Source: Ruditapes philippinarum (Eukaryota). Taken from it: a stretch of DNA of 64,000 nt. The stretch spans positions 1 through 64,000 of the forward strand of contig NW_026862991.1 in NCBI RefSeq assembly GCF_026571515.1, given 5' to 3'. A program made the position numbers and the translations under genes. Under the pieces are notes generated by a model. The model did no database searches and was not told the origin of the DNA. It saw nothing but the letters and a program-made list of their open reading frames with translations. Positions 58,101 through 61,100 of the stretch are shown here, in pieces. Each line of letters starts with the position of its first letter. Within the stretch, counting starts at the first letter, position 1.

Positions 58101-61100
58101 TTGGACCTAAAGTAACCCTTAAATCAAAGGGGATCATTTTGTGTTATGACCAATCACTAATGAAATATGAAAGACTTGTGATAAAAAGTTTAACAAGAAT
58201 AACAGCGGAAAACCATGTAGTCTACCGACGGCAGACCCGCCATTAGCAACAATATAACCCCCTCTTCTTCGAAAGGGGGCATAAAAATCTAAGAGATGTG
58301 GTTTTAAAAGAAGAAGTTTCGCTTAAAAAAATACAACAGTTTCATTCTATATTATATTTTTACGGCGGATCAATTTCGAATACAAAAGAGTTTAGTGCGT
58401 AAATGTTTGATACTACTCCATTCGAAATAACTTTGTAACCAAAACTGTCTTTTCGCCATAGTCCGTAATTGACTAAATTTCATTAAACGTGAAATTTTTT
58501 TCCCAACATTTTTTTGCTGGGCATCTATCTTGTATGTGTGAAGTTTCTGCAGAAAAGGTTGTGTGAGCCAACATTCTATATCCATGCAAGTAGAACTAAG
58601 ATGACAGGATATTGGACCCAGTGGTTTCGATGGCCTTGAATATCCCGTACATTCTGTTAAACATATTATAGAAAGCTCTCCAATTAATTGGATAGTATGA
58701 AATAAATTAATTTTATGCATAGTTTACGCATGCGCCTTCCTAAATGCAGGGATAGCCAGTCTTAATAATCAAGTTTATTTTGATGCAAAATTTTGTTATG
58801 ATATGTGAGGATGAAATATTTACATAAAAAAGAAAGGCAAAAAAATAAGCTGATTCTATTTAGGTGTAAGTATGTAATTCACAATTTTTTCTTACATAAA
58901 TAGATACTAAAATGATACTTAATTCATATGACAACCTTGAGCAAAACAATACCACTTATATAATCTAAACAATAGAACATCAAGGATCATAAATACCGTT
59001 ATTAATGCCGGCTCTGTCAATAAATGGATGTAAGCCGACAACACACTGACTTTCCGACAGAAAGTCTGCAATACCCAGTCGTATAAAGTTTTCAAGCGTA
59101 AAAGCTGGCAGACTGCTGATGTTCTTAATTCCCCCGAAAGTTATCTATCCAGTTAGCCAATGAAAATTCTAGTTAAAAACAATATGATACATTTATTAAC
59201 ACCACCCAAGTATGATTTATATGTTTATTCAAATGTCTCTAAGTAAACAAAAGCATATCTCAATACAAGAGCGATCAGTGACCACATGTGTCGTCTCATG
59301 ATAGCTAATTGTATGTTGCAGCTAAGGTATCATTTTAAACAGAGCAAAATGCGTTTTTTATTTAAGGGTCATAACGCAGTCAAAAATAAATTAATCGGAA
59401 ACCCATGCAAGTAGTTCAGCTACAGATCAATCCTGTAAAGTTTGATTGAAATTACATTCGTGGTATGAGACATAGTCCGGACAAACTTTAAGAATTATTA
59501 AAGGGCTATAATTCTGACAAAATCATTGAACCGGAAAATGATGACGATATAACCAACTAGACTTGTTACTGATAATTCCTGTAAAGTTCGGATGAAATTG
59601 CACCAGTTTGATGAGCAGTCTGGACAAGATTTGTGACAGACAGACAGACAGACAGGCAGACAAACAAACAAACAGAAAGACGGACAGGAGGGGCAGACGA
59701 CGGAGAAATGATGAAGAGGCAACACAAACATAGAATGTACTTGTTGAAAGAAATTTAATTATCCATTAAAGGAATAGGAATGGATGGATTGATGTCTGTC
59801 TAATATAAATATTCATCATTTAAAAAGAGGTACCATGACAGTTTTTCTGTTGACATCAACCCTATAAGTGAGAAATTCGTGTTTTAAGACACTATTTTTT
59901 ACTTCAGAAATAAGTTCATGGGCGCCGCCATTTGGCGTTCTGTCATTCTCGCGAGACAGACGAGACCGAGATTGTGACGTGTTACAGCCCACTTCCGGTA
60001 TAGGTGTACACGCTGGTACAACTGAAATATATCTTGATGAAGAACTTATTAATCTTATTGCGTACATTATATATTATTTATGAAAACATCATATGGAACT
60101 GAATTGCTTTAATTAATTAATTGAAGACGCCGCGACATTAATTATCATTTGTCCGATTTTCAAGCTTGCTGATGATCCCACCACATGATTTAAGCAATGA
60201 CTGCTTAATTTTCAAAGATAAACCATCAATTTAATTTGGGTACTATGAGAAACTTCTTCAAATTGACGATATATCCTTTTATTTTGTACTTAATTTTTCG
60301 CTAGACAAGCTGTCCGAATAGGGTACATCGCCGGTCATGTATCTTTTTTTTCAGCGTAAAATATCAAACTAAATCCAATATGCAGAGATCTGCTGAGGAC
60401 GCGATTTTCCGCCATTGACGCTAAAAATGAGAATGGCGCAGGAAAAACGGCAGCCAGACTTATATCGTATGGAAACAAAACTGTCCGTTAGGTTTATTTA
60501 GGCACCAGTCAAAACTGGTACCAACAGCAACAGGTTGCCCATTCCCTGTAATTACGCATATTGTTCCCTATAGCTTTTTTCCACGTTATCTACTTACCCA
60601 ATCCCTTTCCCACACAGATACGCATTTCTACTACCGTAAATTTAATCCATTAAAACAAAAAATCATAATTCTACTTAATATTTAAAATAATTATTGGTAA
60701 CTGAAAAAAAAAATGTGTTGCTATTTTATGAAATGCTGTAATTTACAGTACAACTTGACAGGTGCGGAACTAAATTTCCCCTAAGGTCATTCATTTCACT
60801 GATGAAGCGTAAAAAAATAGATGTCTATTTCGTCATTAGAATATTTGACAAGGGTGATTAACCAATCAGGGCAACATTGTGTATGATCAAAAGGTCTGTC
60901 GGCACAGAGGCATACAAGGAGCAATAAAAATCGTCAGTACACAGTGTGACAGGAACATTTGGTGCAAATTAGGAACAATTAAAATGGATAATGCACAGTA
61001 TTAGACATAAGTAGTAAGAACCAGCTGTTGTGTGAATAAATTATGCAAATTAGATTTTTGAGCAGCCAATAAAAATGTTTTGCCTGCAGTTAATATTAGG

